Assembly (NCBI GenBank): GCA_904063045.1
Contig: CAJFCJ010000011.1
Coordinates: forward strand, 434,001 to 498,000
Source: Dimorphilus gyrociliatus
Lineage: Eukaryota; Animalia; Annelida
Length of the DNA stretch: 64,000 bases
Reading direction: 5' to 3'
Shown: piece by piece, positions 42,178-53,172 of the stretch
Layout: the number at the start of each line of letters is the position of its first letter
How positions within the stretch are numbered: position 1 is the stretch's first letter
The notes under the pieces: model-generated
Databases searched by the model: none
The model's input: only the letters and a program-made list of their open reading frames with translations
What the model was told of the DNA's origin: nothing
Translations under genes and position numbers: made by a program

Positions 42178-45100
42178 ATGAGCGAAAAAACTCCTGGACA
42201 TAGTAAAGCAACTCCGATTAAACCTTCGGACTTAAAAAGGCACGTCATTTTCCTCGACGTGCAAGGATATTCGAATTCTTCCAATTTAGAAAAGTATCTA
42301 ACGCAACTTGGTGCCAAAATCGACAAATTTTTGTCAAAAGATGTCACATGCGTCGTTACAAATCGCAAGGAAACGAAATCTGATACTAGCCTCGCCGGCG
42401 AAGATGGAATTTACATGTCAAGATCGCAAATTATGCTCAACAAATCGAAAGAAGTGAATAAAAACGCTAAATCAATGAATCCTGTCGAACGAGCTAAAAA
42501 ACTAGGAATTCGAATATGTAAATTATCAGAAATTTTGAAGTTGATAAATTCTACTGGTTTAAACAAACGTTCGTCGTCTTCGGAATCTGTTCGCTTTCAA
42601 CACCTAACCGATTGCTTCATAAAAATCGATGATAGCAACAGCGGATTAAAGCCTGTGTACCAAAAATTGTCTAGTATGCCGACGGTAGAGTTAACACGTT
42701 CCGGATCTCCATTCTTAACAACGGAAGATGAAAAGGAGGAGAAAGGAAGTGATAAAAAATCGGAAGTATCGAAAGAAACTAAGACGTTATCAAAAGATAG
42801 TATTTCGGCCGCTTCTACTAAATCTAAACCAACAAAAAAAGAGAGAAAAGCCTCTAAGAAGAAGGAGAACACTTATTGCGAATGTTGTAACACTGTATTT
42901 ACTAATTTAGAGGAGCATTTAAAATCCAATGTTCACAAGGCCTACTTAAATTCGAAATCAAATTTCACTAATTTGGAAGAGACGCTCCGGGAGATACCGA
43001 CTGTGGATAGACTTGTTGAAGAATCTCAGAATAAGCGCGTCAAAACAAAAGGTGCTATGAAATTTATGCAAAATCCTCAAATTCTAGCCGAGCTAAACGA
43101 CGTCAGTGAGAAACCGGAGGAGAAACAGTCGAAAAGAAATAGTATTGTCGTGACGGAAAAGAATGGAGAATTATTTAGCTCTGAGATACGTGCTACCGTT
43201 ATAAAATGCTCACCCGCTAAAGAGGGGAAATCTCCGACTCGTGCATTTAAGGAGCATGATAAGCGTTCATCGTCTTGTGAATCCAGAAAGCAGAAGGAAA
43301 GGAAACATCAAAAATCTGATTTGAACTCATCTAGGCAAAAAGAGAAAAGAGAAGATAATAAGGTTAAAGAACGAAAGAAATCCGAGAGATCACAAGGTGG
43401 AAAGGAAAAATCTAGTCAGGAAAGTGAAACTGATAGAAAAAGTAATCAAAAGGCTCAAAACGTTCTTCGTCGGGTAATAGATGACGACTCACTAATTTCT
43501 GCCATTTTAAACGAGAAGGCTTCTGAAAATTGTTCTATATGGCGTAGACCAACTACCAAGGTCAATTACAAATCGCCTGATAATTTTGATTGGCCGGATA
43601 AGGCAGAGAAGAAGCCTAAGAAAAGTCCTGCGAATGATTCCAAATCTAAGAAGAGGAGTAAGAGCTCAAAGGATACTGATAAGAAAGACAAAATTCAGCG
43701 TTCAACTCCACCTTTCGACAAAACTGCAGATAATTCAAAGTCTTCATCAAAGTCTGGCGGATCTAAGAAAGGCAAAATAGGCACCGATAATGATGATGAA
43801 GTAATTAGTTTTAAAAAGAAATCGAAATCAAAATTGGATACGTCGTCAGAGGTCGAAAAAAGTCCGAAAAAGAAGCCCAAGCCAAAAAGAATTCGAATAA
43901 CTTCTAGTAGCAGTAGTTCCGAGGCAGAAAATAATGAAGAAGAAAAAGTTCCGGAGAAAACTGCTGAAATAAAAATCCCTTTCTGTTGGGATGATTTCAA
44001 CTCCAGTGAAAGCGATGATTCAGACTCAGATTGGTCAGAAGCTGAGAAAAAGAAATCTAAAGCTAAGAAAAAATCAAAACGTCATCCCCCAGCATCAAAG
44101 AAAGATAAAACTGCTCTTATTTCATCACCGCGGAGTAAAAGAGATAATAGTGAGGCTGATGCTTTCCTTCGCCGTAAGGAACTAATGGCTAATCAACCAA
44201 AAAAGAAGTCCAAGGGGAAAAATTTAGCTAATTATGAAAAGTATGTTAAGAAAGTAGAAGAAGAGGAAAAGAATTCAAAGAAGAAAAAAGAACCTGCAAA
44301 AACGGAAGTTTCTCTTCCAACTCCCATGAAAAATTGTAGCTTACAGTTTGACTCTTCTGACGATGAAACACCAAAAATCGACATGAATACTCTATTAAAC
44401 TTCGATAAAGATTCATCTCCATCAAATTCACCTGACTTTTTAGATCAATCTCCCCTTATACCTGATGATGCCTATTTAAATGATGTCTTGAATCATCTGG
44501 GTTCAATTGAAGATAATAATGAAACACCTTCAGAGACACCTATAAGCAGTGTTCCTCCAGCAACGCCATCGTCACAAAGGGTTCCCCAGCAGACTCCAAA
44601 TTACGTACCGTCTACTCCAGCCGAGTGCGATCAGCCTATGTCTGTCGAGACCTTTTGTGCTCCATCTGTCTACGCATCCCAGACTCCTGATTATGCGGCA
44701 ACACCTTATTCCGTGCCACCTGGCTCAGTCGCCCAGCCTCCATCGATCCCAATGCAAGATCCAATGACTCCTTGCCCTATTGTCACCAAAAGTCATGTGA
44801 CAAATGCCGACTTTGAGGAGACACTAGAAATGATTGATGACTTTCAGAGAAAGGAAAATGTCACTGCTTTAACAGTTGAACAGCAAGAGATTTTGAATTC
44901 ATCTTTGAATTTTTTGAATGAGCCTTTAGATGGGGCAGGTCAAATAGCTAACAATGAACAAGAGTTTCATGATCTGGAATTGGTTCTTGAGGGCCTATCT
45001 CATAGTAACGCTCCCCCAACAACTTCTTTAAGGGAAGAGTCTATCGAAAAAATACTATGTTTAAATGAACAGAAAAAAGAAGTTGTTGAAGAACCAAAAC

Positions 45101-47841
45101 AAACATCTGAAACTTTACATTCTGAATCAACTGATATTTCTGACGACGAGCACGAGTTCAATTTGGCTAGCGAACATAATCGTCGCTCGTCGCAACTTGC
45201 TAGTCCATCTTCATCTTCCATTGACGAACTGAAACAAGATGTAGAGGTAACAGAGAAAACAGAAGTAAATGAATTAAAAGAAGTATCTGAATTAAAGGAA
45301 GTAAATGAGTTAAAGGAATTAAATGAAATTAGGAAAGATAGGGAATTCAAGGACGTTAGTGATATAAAAGAGACAGAGAAAGCGGAAGAAACACCTGTGA
45401 AATTTGAACAAAGTGAAAAAGAACAATCAAATGCACCCGTTATTGATTTGGCAAAAGTTGCTGAGGAAGTCGGAATCAGTGAATCAATTGATGAAGGACA
45501 TGCTGAAGCTCAAAGGCCCATTGAAACGCCATCATCTGCCTTTCCCATGCAAGAAGTTTTGAACATGGCTCCAATTCATCAACAATCTGCTTTTGAACCT
45601 CCACCACCTCATCCTCCAGTTCAGTTTTTTCCAATGCAACCTGGATCTAACTTACATCCATTACCTCAGAACTTTTTGGCAAATCAATCACTTATACAGC
45701 CGAATTTTAATTACAAGCTGAATTTAATATCAAAACCAACTGATTTGGTTAATCAGATTCAGCGACCTCCGCCGACAGTTACTACTGCTTCAATTCCTAC
45801 TTCTGCTGTAACGCCCCTTAGTGAACAATTACCTGTTGCCCATTCATTATCTCATCATAGTCATCCCCTACCGCACTACGATCTTCGACCCACTTTGCCT
45901 TTAAAGCAAGCACCCTTCGACTCAATGAAGATGGATTTAAACGCTCATATGATGCAGCAATCTACAGTCGTCCAGAATCTTATGAGACAACAAAGTGTTA
46001 CGCCACAGCCACCAAAAAAGGCCGCTGCAGCTGTAGAGAAGAAGCGATTAGCGGCCGAGAAACTGAAAAACGCAGAAGATAACTCTGGGGACAGCAGCAA
46101 GTATTCAACTATAGACGAAGGAATTTGTCAGCAGTTAGACTTAGGTGTTTTTGGCAACGAAAGTATAAACATCCAAAAAGAACCAGAGAGACCCATAAGT
46201 CCTATGAAATTACCTATGGAATCTCCAAAATCAAGAACTCCCCTTGCAGGTCCCATCTACTCGCCAGTCACTCCTGCCGAACCTTCCCCGAAACCTCTCC
46301 CTAAATCCTCCACTGATTCTCCTGCAAACAAATCAGACGAAAAGTTAGAAACACAAATCGAAACACAGAAGAATATTATACAAGAAACAACCAAAGAAAG
46401 GGAAATATCCTCTCCACCTCCCCGTCCACCCTCCCCTCCCCCTCCCGAGCCCTCTATCCCCAAGACCCTCTCAGTCCCCATTGCAGTTCCTAAAACCATA
46501 CCCTCAGTAGATCCATCACCTTCACAGAATGTTCCTTCAGTAGCTACCTCGACAGTTGTTGCTGAAATTGAGCATAAATTAGACGTAACAAACCCTTCGA
46601 AGAAAGGTGGTTTAGATAGCATTATATCTAAAATTGAAGCCACAAATGTGAAACGTAAAGAAACACCATCAACTCCAAAAGCTGAGTCAAAAATTATCGC
46701 CGATAATAACCTACCGTCTAGTCACAAGCGAAAGGCATCCACACCTCAACGCCGAAAGAGCTGTCACGAAACGCTCTCAGGAAGCCAATTTACATTTCCT
46801 AAATACTTTATTCCTCCTTCGCCAGAGCCACCGCCCAAGCCATCCGCTTCAAGCGAAATATGTAAGCCCTTAAAGAAACGGCATTTACAATTGGCTGAAT
46901 ATTTTGAACAAACGGAAACGAAGGAAGATACAGTTGAAAAAGAAAAACCACAAGTGAAAATTGAAAGGCGTCAAACGCGATCATCTACGAGATTGCAAAC
47001 GGAAGCCGTTAAAGAAAAAGAGAAGTCGAAGCCGAAAGTTTCTGAAAAGCCTACATGTAGTAAAAAGAAGGAAAAAGAAGAGAGGCCAAAGCCTCAGTCT
47101 GTTAAAAAAATTCCTCCCAACCTCACTGAATCGTCAAACGATGATGTTCTAGTCAAGGTTACGGTAGCGTCAGCAAATAAACTTAAGATAAAGCGGTTTG
47201 TGAAGAAACCGAAAAACTCTCTTTCAACCAATGAATCCTCCTCACCGACCAAGCCTAATAAGGCGGAACAAAAGGAGGATATTTACGATTTTGATAAGCA
47301 ATCCGACGTTATCGAAACAATTGCTGTAAAAGGTCAGCAGACTCCGCAGCCGAATCCGCTACCAATTCCACAATTGAATCCCCAGACGCTTGTCATGCCT
47401 AAACTTAAAATAAAACGTATTAACTCTGATACGCCTGAAGGTAGTACGGATGATTATGAAATTGAGAAAAATGATGGTGAAGTTTCAGAAAAAGTAGAAA
47501 AGATGGCTGGTAAAAGAAAACGCCATAAAGAACATAAAAAGAAGAAAAAACGTCGAAAGTCAGCGGAATCACAGTCTATTTTAGAAACAACTGAGGGTAT
47601 TAAATTGACTATTAAAACTGTAAAGCCGCCAAATGACTTAAAAGAACCTACGGTGGAAAATAACGCCGGAAGTGGTATAAAATTAAAAATTAAGCTGCCA
47701 AAAAACGGGGAACATTCGGGGAGTGAGGGGGTAGAACGAAGATCGAAAAAACATCGTAAACGAAGGCCCTTCGAAGATGACGACGACCAAACGTCCATCG
47801 AGAAGAAGCATAAATTAGATTATATCCGCTCTATACTTTGA
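42178..47841 (+). CDS. DBF4: DBF4/ASK/Chiffon (Cdc7 kinase regulatory subunit) with a very long disordered C-terminal extension; single coding exon
   Basis: Motif N (BRCT-like LTQLGAKIDKFLSKDVTCVVT), motif M (FIKIDDSNSGLKPVYQKL..PF) and motif C zinc finger (YCECCNTVFTNLEEHLKSNVHKAY) lie within the first ~280 aa of a 1887-aa uninterrupted ORF. Confidence 0.88.
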   Translation: MSEKTPGHSKATPIKPSDLKRHVIFLDVQGYSNSSNLEKYLTQLGAKIDKFLSKDVTCVVTNRKETKSDTSLAGEDGIYMSRSQIMLNKSKEVNKNAKSMNPVERAKKLGIRICKLSEILKLINSTGLNKRSSSSESVRFQHLTDCFIKIDDSNSGLKPVYQKLSSMPTVELTRSGSPFLTTEDEKEEKGSDKKSEVSKETKTLSKDSISAASTKSKPTKKERKASKKKENTYCECCNTVFTNLEEHLKSNVHKAYLNSKSNFTNLEETLREIPTVDRLVEESQNKRVKTKGAMKFMQNPQILAELNDVSEKPEEKQSKRNSIVVTEKNGELFSSEIRATVIKCSPAKEGKSPTRAFKEHDKRSSSCESRKQKERKHQKSDLNSSRQKEKREDNKVKERKKSERSQGGKEKSSQESETDRKSNQKAQNVLRRVIDDDSLISAILNEKASENCSIWRRPTTKVNYKSPDNFDWPDKAEKKPKKSPANDSKSKKRSKSSKDTDKKDKIQRSTPPFDKTADNSKSSSKSGGSKKGKIGTDNDDEVISFKKKSKSKLDTSSEVEKSPKKKPKPKRIRITSSSSSSEAENNEEEKVPEKTAEIKIPFCWDDFNSSESDDSDSDWSEAEKKKSKAKKKSKRHPPASKKDKTALISSPRSKRDNSEADAFLRRKELMANQPKKKSKGKNLANYEKYVKKVEEEEKNSKKKKEPAKTEVSLPTPMKNCSLQFDSSDDETPKIDMNTLLNFDKDSSPSNSPDFLDQSPLIPDDAYLNDVLNHLGSIEDNNETPSETPISSVPPATPSSQRVPQQTPNYVPSTPAECDQPMSVETFCAPSVYASQTPDYAATPYSVPPGSVAQPPSIPMQDPMTPCPIVTKSHVTNADFEETLEMIDDFQRKENVTALTVEQQEILNSSLNFLNEPLDGAGQIANNEQEFHDLELVLEGLSHSNAPPTTSLREESIEKILCLNEQKKEVVEEPKQTSETLHSESTDISDDEHEFNLASEHNRRSSQLASPSSSSIDELKQDVEVTEKTEVNELKEVSELKEVNELKELNEIRKDREFKDVSDIKETEKAEETPVKFEQSEKEQSNAPVIDLAKVAEEVGISESIDEGHAEAQRPIETPSSAFPMQEVLNMAPIHQQSAFEPPPPHPPVQFFPMQPGSNLHPLPQNFLANQSLIQPNFNYKLNLISKPTDLVNQIQRPPPTVTTASIPTSAVTPLSEQLPVAHSLSHHSHPLPHYDLRPTLPLKQAPFDSMKMDLNAHMMQQSTVVQNLMRQQSVTPQPPKKAAAAVEKKRLAAEKLKNAEDNSGDSSKYSTIDEGICQQLDLGVFGNESINIQKEPERPISPMKLPMESPKSRTPLAGPIYSPVTPAEPSPKPLPKSSTDSPANKSDEKLETQIETQKNIIQETTKEREISSPPPRPPSPPPPEPSIPKTLSVPIAVPKTIPSVDPSPSQNVPSVATSTVVAEIEHKLDVTNPSKKGGLDSIISKIEATNVKRKETPSTPKAESKIIADNNLPSSHKRKASTPQRRKSCHETLSGSQFTFPKYFIPPSPEPPPKPSASSEICKPLKKRHLQLAEYFEQTETKEDTVEKEKPQVKIERRQTRSSTRLQTEAVKEKEKSKPKVSEKPTCSKKKEKEERPKPQSVKKIPPNLTESSNDDVLVKVTVASANKLKIKRFVKKPKNSLSTNESSSPTKPNKAEQKEDIYDFDKQSDVIETIAVKGQQTPQPNPLPIPQLNPQTLVMPKLKIKRINSDTPEGSTDDYEIEKNDGEVSEKVEKMAGKRKRHKEHKKKKKRRKSAESQSILETTEGIKLTIKTVKPPNDLKEPTVENNAGSGIKLKIKLPKNGEHSGSEGVERRSKKHRKRRPFEDDDDQTSIEKKHKLDYIRSIL
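45262..45330 (+). repeat. In-frame 18-bp tandem repeat inside DBF4
   Basis: gaagtaaatgaattaaaa-like unit repeated about 4 times, encoding EVNELK EVSELK EVNELK ELNEI. Confidence 0.85.
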
Positions 47842-49538
47842 CAAGAAAAATAGGAAAAAAGACGCCGACAGAGTACTAACACAGTATTTTTTTAGAAGAT
47901 GGGAAAAGAAGAATAGTTTTGTATTCGAGATCCTGGTGAGGAATAAGGGGAAAATAGTCGCTCCTTTTTCCTTTTATTTTATTTTTCTTCTGTGTGTACG
48001 TCTGACCGTTTACAGTCGCTTTAGCTGCTATTTTCGTTCATTAGTTATTGTTATTCTAAAAAGAGGAATAAATTCTTCGTATAGAGATGTAAATAAACGT
48101 AAAAAGTTCCATATGCTGAAAACAAACAAATACATCAATATTTAATAAATACAAATTTTATGAAAGAAACTTTCTCATTCTGACTATTAGTCGAAAATTA
48201 TCGATCTGTCTAAAGCCTCTGAAATTGTTAATTTACAGATAAATATCGGGTTACAGGGAAAAAGGAAAAGAATTTACCTTGTTTCCCAGTCTAGTGTTTC
48301 ATTTCTACAAAGCTAAGTATGTTTAAGAACATTTAAAGAATTAATACTAGTGTATAAACACCATGCGCATGTTAGCTTTCTCCCTTTGGTTTAGTCATAT
48401 TAAAGAAGCCCGAAGAAAATTTCTCTGATCTTGCAGTACAAAGAATATTGCGATTGAAGAAGAAAGAGAGAAAGAATACAATTACTTAAAAAATGACCGC
48501 AATAGAGAGAGCATCGAATAAGACAACTAATAGTTTGCCTGTTAAGCCTATAAATATAAATTGAGTTTTATTCTTTACAAACTTAGGCATATATTCGTTA
48601 ATGAAATAAAAAAAATAACTCAATTCATGTTATACCTTCGTTAAAGGAAAGCTCAAGATCATGAATAAAATAGATCATTGTTTGTTTTATAATTATCTTA
48701 AAGAGTTATTCGATCATGTAAAAACAGCATCTAATTCTCTCGCTATAGCTTCTTTGGGTTGACTTTGATTACTACAGCAAAATCCGAATGATCCGCTTCA
48801 ATTTCAATACAAAAAAAAATTTTTTTTCTCTCTTTCGAAGAGAGAATGATAAAGGAATAAAATGGGTTAAATTTAGTATTACGCTTTTAAATAAATCCAT
48901 TTTGATGATTTGGTTATGTCAACAACAACACATATTTAATTTCCATGTTCAGTTTCCATTCATCTAATATATATATATATATATATACTGTATATAAAGT
49001 GTATATATACAGTATATGTTTTTATAAATTTATTAGTAAAGATAAAAGAAATGGAGAGAAAGACTGTAAATAATTTCTTAAAGATTTCTTATATTGCTTA
49101 TAATGGTTTTAAGAAATTAAATTCTTCAGTTTCCTTTTACTAAAATGGATATTAAATCTCTCTGGAACTAGTTGGACAGATATTTAATTCGGTATATTTG
49201 AAATTGTTTTCGTGGGAGAGACGTTGCTTAATTTTTCTTGTGTCCCTAGAAAGATTCAAGGTGGATTAAGGGTCATTTTGTGTTGCCAGTCGCTATGCTG
49301 TTCGAATTTTTTGCCAGCTAATTATAGGCTGTCTTGCGATGTTATTTTTTTTATAAGCGCAAAATCTAGGAGGCGCTTTATAATTAAAAAAAATGAATCA
49401 ATAGCATATTCTATTTTTACATGTTTTTAACCAACTTATTTATCTTATGTGAAACATAAAAAAAATTAAAGTATATCATAAAATGTATATGTTATTTAAA
49501 AATAGTTAGTTAGTTGTACAGAACAAGAAAGGCTAAAA

Positions 49539-49552
49539 GAGATAGATAGATG

Positions 49553-49585
<33 letters not shown>
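49539..49585 (+). repeat. (GATA)n tetranucleotide microsatellite
   Basis: Directly visible gatagata... run. Confidence 0.92.
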
Positions 49586-49586
<1 letters not shown>

Positions 49587-50506
49587 GAGGGAGAGAACAT
49601 CAGTAAAGCGAGGATTTGGAATATAATGAGGCTCATTATAGCTATTTTAATCGTCATTGCTTTCTCAAAAAGTTTGTCTCATTTATCTCATTTGTCATGT
49701 AATTAAGTCCTTAAATATTACAAATAATAGTCCTGATGATCATAACAGTGAGAATAATTGTGTATTTTTTGAAAACCTTCGGGATCCCACAGTGATTCGT
49801 TAGCGATTTCTATTTATATACGTATTTATCGTGTAGTATACTAGTAGATTAAAAACTGTATTCATCACAAACGCAGCATGCACGCTAACTTCAAAATTTT
49901 ATTAAATTTTCTAGATAATGACATGACTAGTCTGCTCGTCCTATAAAAAAAACACTGAAGGTCAAAGCTCTAAAAACCTCTAATTTCCTAACATAACAAA
50001 TATTATTAGAGTATGCCTATAGTATAGATCTATTATTTTTTATATATTAAAAAAGATTCATATAATTTGTCGGTTCCAGCGATGTAGCCTCGTATTGAGA
50101 CGAACTTAATTAATAATTCATTGTGATCTTAAAAGTTGGAAAAAAGGGCAACGGATAATAATATATCAGTAGTGCCATCTATTTTTTAATAGAATAATTA
50201 TAAATGCGCATTAATCCTTATAATAAGTCATACGTTTGTTTACCAACTATACTACTGTTCGAGAAGATTTAAAATGAATAAAATATAAATGATTGAACAA
50301 TATCTATAAAAGATGTACGCAAATTTGAAAAAGTATTAAAGGGAAAATTGATTTGTCTATATCTTTTTCGAATTTAAAAACAATAGCCCAAAAAAAGGAT
50401 TAAAAAAAATAGAGAGAGAGAAAACGAGAGCGATTTTAAGTGGATAACGATATTTCTATTTATATTTGGCTTATAGTTCTAAAATACAGTTAAAAGATTA
50501 TATATT

Positions 50507-51669
50507 ATGGAAAATCAACAAGTGTTAGTTTTAAAGGAAGGGCATTTAGAAAATGTAGATAATTATTTTATGAGATTATGTATAATTAGAAATAAAATAG
50601 CATTTGAGATGCTAAACGCAAGAAAGAACTTTAAATTAGCAACCTCTTCAAAATTATCTATTGAAATTTATGAAATGGATAGCTATATTAGTCATTTAAG
50701 GTGGCTACTGCTAATAGATTATATACAACCTAGTCTTGATTTCTATGTTCTTAATGGTTCGAATAGAGAGTTTGTAAAGATATTACAATCTTATAAAGTA
50801 AAGTTAGAAGATAGAAAGAATTTATGGGGTACATTTAATTCTCCATTTACTGAGGTTTCGCTAAAATTTTTCAACACTTTAGGCTATGTGTTTCTTTTTT
50901 TCTATTATAATAAATCTTTTCTTCACCTTACATAGACATTTGAAGCTGAGCGTACTCTTATTGATTATGGCCTATTAAATAATCATATAAATCATTGTAA
51001 GAAAAACAATTATTTATCTAAAGTCGATAAACCATCAAATGATTCTATTAAAATGGACATTAATAAAATACTATTAGATCAAGTTTATAATTCAGAGGAA
51101 AACGGGCGATTTGATCAATTTATCAATCTTCAAGATGTTATAACTGGTAATCCAATGCTTGTTGATATATTTGATGAAAATATCTTACAAAATATTTATA
51201 TATGGAAATGGGTTATTACTATTTTATGAAATTAATTAATAAGATTTTTCTAATTAATATTCATAACATTTTTATAGAAAATTTTCTTTCCTAAAAATGC
51301 TAAGATAATGGATAGAAATGACCCAGCTAATCTTATTGATGCTTCTGATTATATACCTTTAGAATTTTCACAAAATATTAACTCTAAAGGATTGTTTAGC
51401 CATTTTAGAGGAAAAGTAATGTTTATAAATATATTATTTATTAGATAAGGAAATATTACTTTCGAAATATTTCGCTTCTTATTGAAAAAAAGCCTTTTAT
51501 AATTTTATCAGTATAATTCTTTTCTTATCAAACCAGACCTTAGAAAGGAAAATGAATTTATCTTTATTTTCTTTGTGATCAAAACATTTCTTTTTTTTTT
51601 CTTTTTCGATTTTTACAGTATAAATATCCGAGGCGATTCGAGAAGAATCAATACGAATTTGGAGAATGA
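50507..51669 (+). CDS. Uncharacterised orphan multi-exon gene
   Basis: ATG ORF with a donor after SPFTE, then exon-like open frames (TFEAERTLIDYGLL..NIYIWKW; KIFFPKNAKIMDRNDP..HFRGK) bounded by GT/AG. No family recognised and the 3' exons are uncertain. Confidence 0.5.
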
Positions 51670-52101
51670 TTCATGATCGATGGATTCTACTAGTTTTCTT
51701 CCTGATTACAAAGGGAACTATTAATTGTAAACCAGTTTTTTATTATACACTTTTTTCTACTATATTATACAAGAAAACTTTATGATTGCTTTATTAACTA
51801 CTTCCCCGTCTTCTCATTGTCATCATTATCATTATCATTTTATGCTTACTCCTTTTTTTAATCTCTATTGGAGACTAGAGCAATTTTTTGTTTATTTATA
51901 AAATATAAGCTTAAAAGTAGAATTAAAGACAATGGAAAACTAATTAAGAGCCAATGTTCAATACTGTTGTAATTGTCATTCACTTGGTTTGATAATCAAA
52001 TTTTACTGAATTCAACTAATTTTTAGGTTTTATTGTCAATGAATAAATGATCGTAAATTTTCTCCCTAGAGAAATATGTTAGCTGATTGACTGTATTCAT
52101 A

Positions 52102-52947
52102 CTATTTATTCATACTTTCGTAAGAGAGGCTGTCACTTCGACTTCGAGCTATTTTTTGTCTAATTACTCTTTTAACAGTAGTAAGAGTAGCTATAGATGG
52201 TAATCGCCTTTCTTGAGTCACGTTCATTAATGGCTTCCTTATCATTCGAACTATTATCTCTGTTGCTTCTTTGACTGACGAATAACTCTCCGATACAGAA
52301 AGCTCTCTAAAGAGGCAATTTATACTTTCCGAAAGTTTTTTGCCGTCCAACATTGAAACTTTTCTCAAATGATTCAAATCTAGTTTGTTTCCAATTAGTA
52401 GGATATTATCAGTGGGCTTTGTCCCCTTTATTCTCGTAATTATCTCTTGTGCCTCTTTTATACTACCGTCATCAGTTATACAATAGATGATTATAAATCC
52501 ATCTATTTCTTCCAGATTGATATTATCCCATTGAATCTGAAAAATAAATCATGGGACTAAAGTAAATGCAATCATGTATTTATAAATATTTATTGTAGGA
52601 AGTGTGTACTTACATCGCTACAAGTATCAATCAATTCAAGGTTAACTTCATCTTTATCAATATTCATTTTACAATTATGAACTTTGTCTTTTGGGATAAA
52701 TTGAAAAAGTCATTAATCTTATCGTGTACGGTATTGTTCTAAGAATCCTCACTGACCTGGATTTGATACTATGTATTCTCCTATAAATCGTTTTGTTAAA
52801 AATCTTACTGTAAACGCTAAAATAAGTGCATTTTCAATTAATAATATTCATATTAGCTGAAAATATACTTGCCAGATTTTCCCACTTTTTTATCTCCAAA
52901 TATTCCAATCTTTATCTTGGAAAGTTTATTCTTTTGAATTAGAGACA
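52102..52947 (-). CDS. RERGL: RERG/RERGL-like Ras-family small GTPase, 4 exons, first intron GC-AG
   Basis: G1 GDKKVGKS, then AFTVRFLTKRFIGEY, a divergent G3 IDTCS (RERGL has DPCS), DGFIIIYCITD, G4 GNKLD, and CLFRELSV. Confidence 0.8.
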
Positions 52948-53172
52948 TTAAGCAAACGAATTTTTAGGAAATACAGAAGAGATTCTGCTCTCTCAGTCGT
53001 TTAAATACTTGTAGTTATATCTTTCAGATAAAATTTATAGTACTCTACCAAGTAATAAGACTTTTTTTATCGTAAAAAAAACAGAGAAGACTTAGGATTC
53101 TCTTTTTTATTTTTATAAAGTAAAATGAAGGAAATCTTTAAATATCTCTTTTTTCTTTTATTATTCAAGCTT

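Noticed and set aside
42597-47798. Multiple antisense and alternative-frame ORFs inside DBF4
   Set aside because: Expected shadows of a long, low-complexity coding strand; they show no motifs or splice support.
52948-53172. Operon or trans-splicing between the four-domain LU gene and RERGL (225-nt gap, same strand)
   Set aside because: An AATAAA follows the LU stop and there is no clear unpaired acceptor just before the RERGL ATG. Tight packing alone is not evidence.
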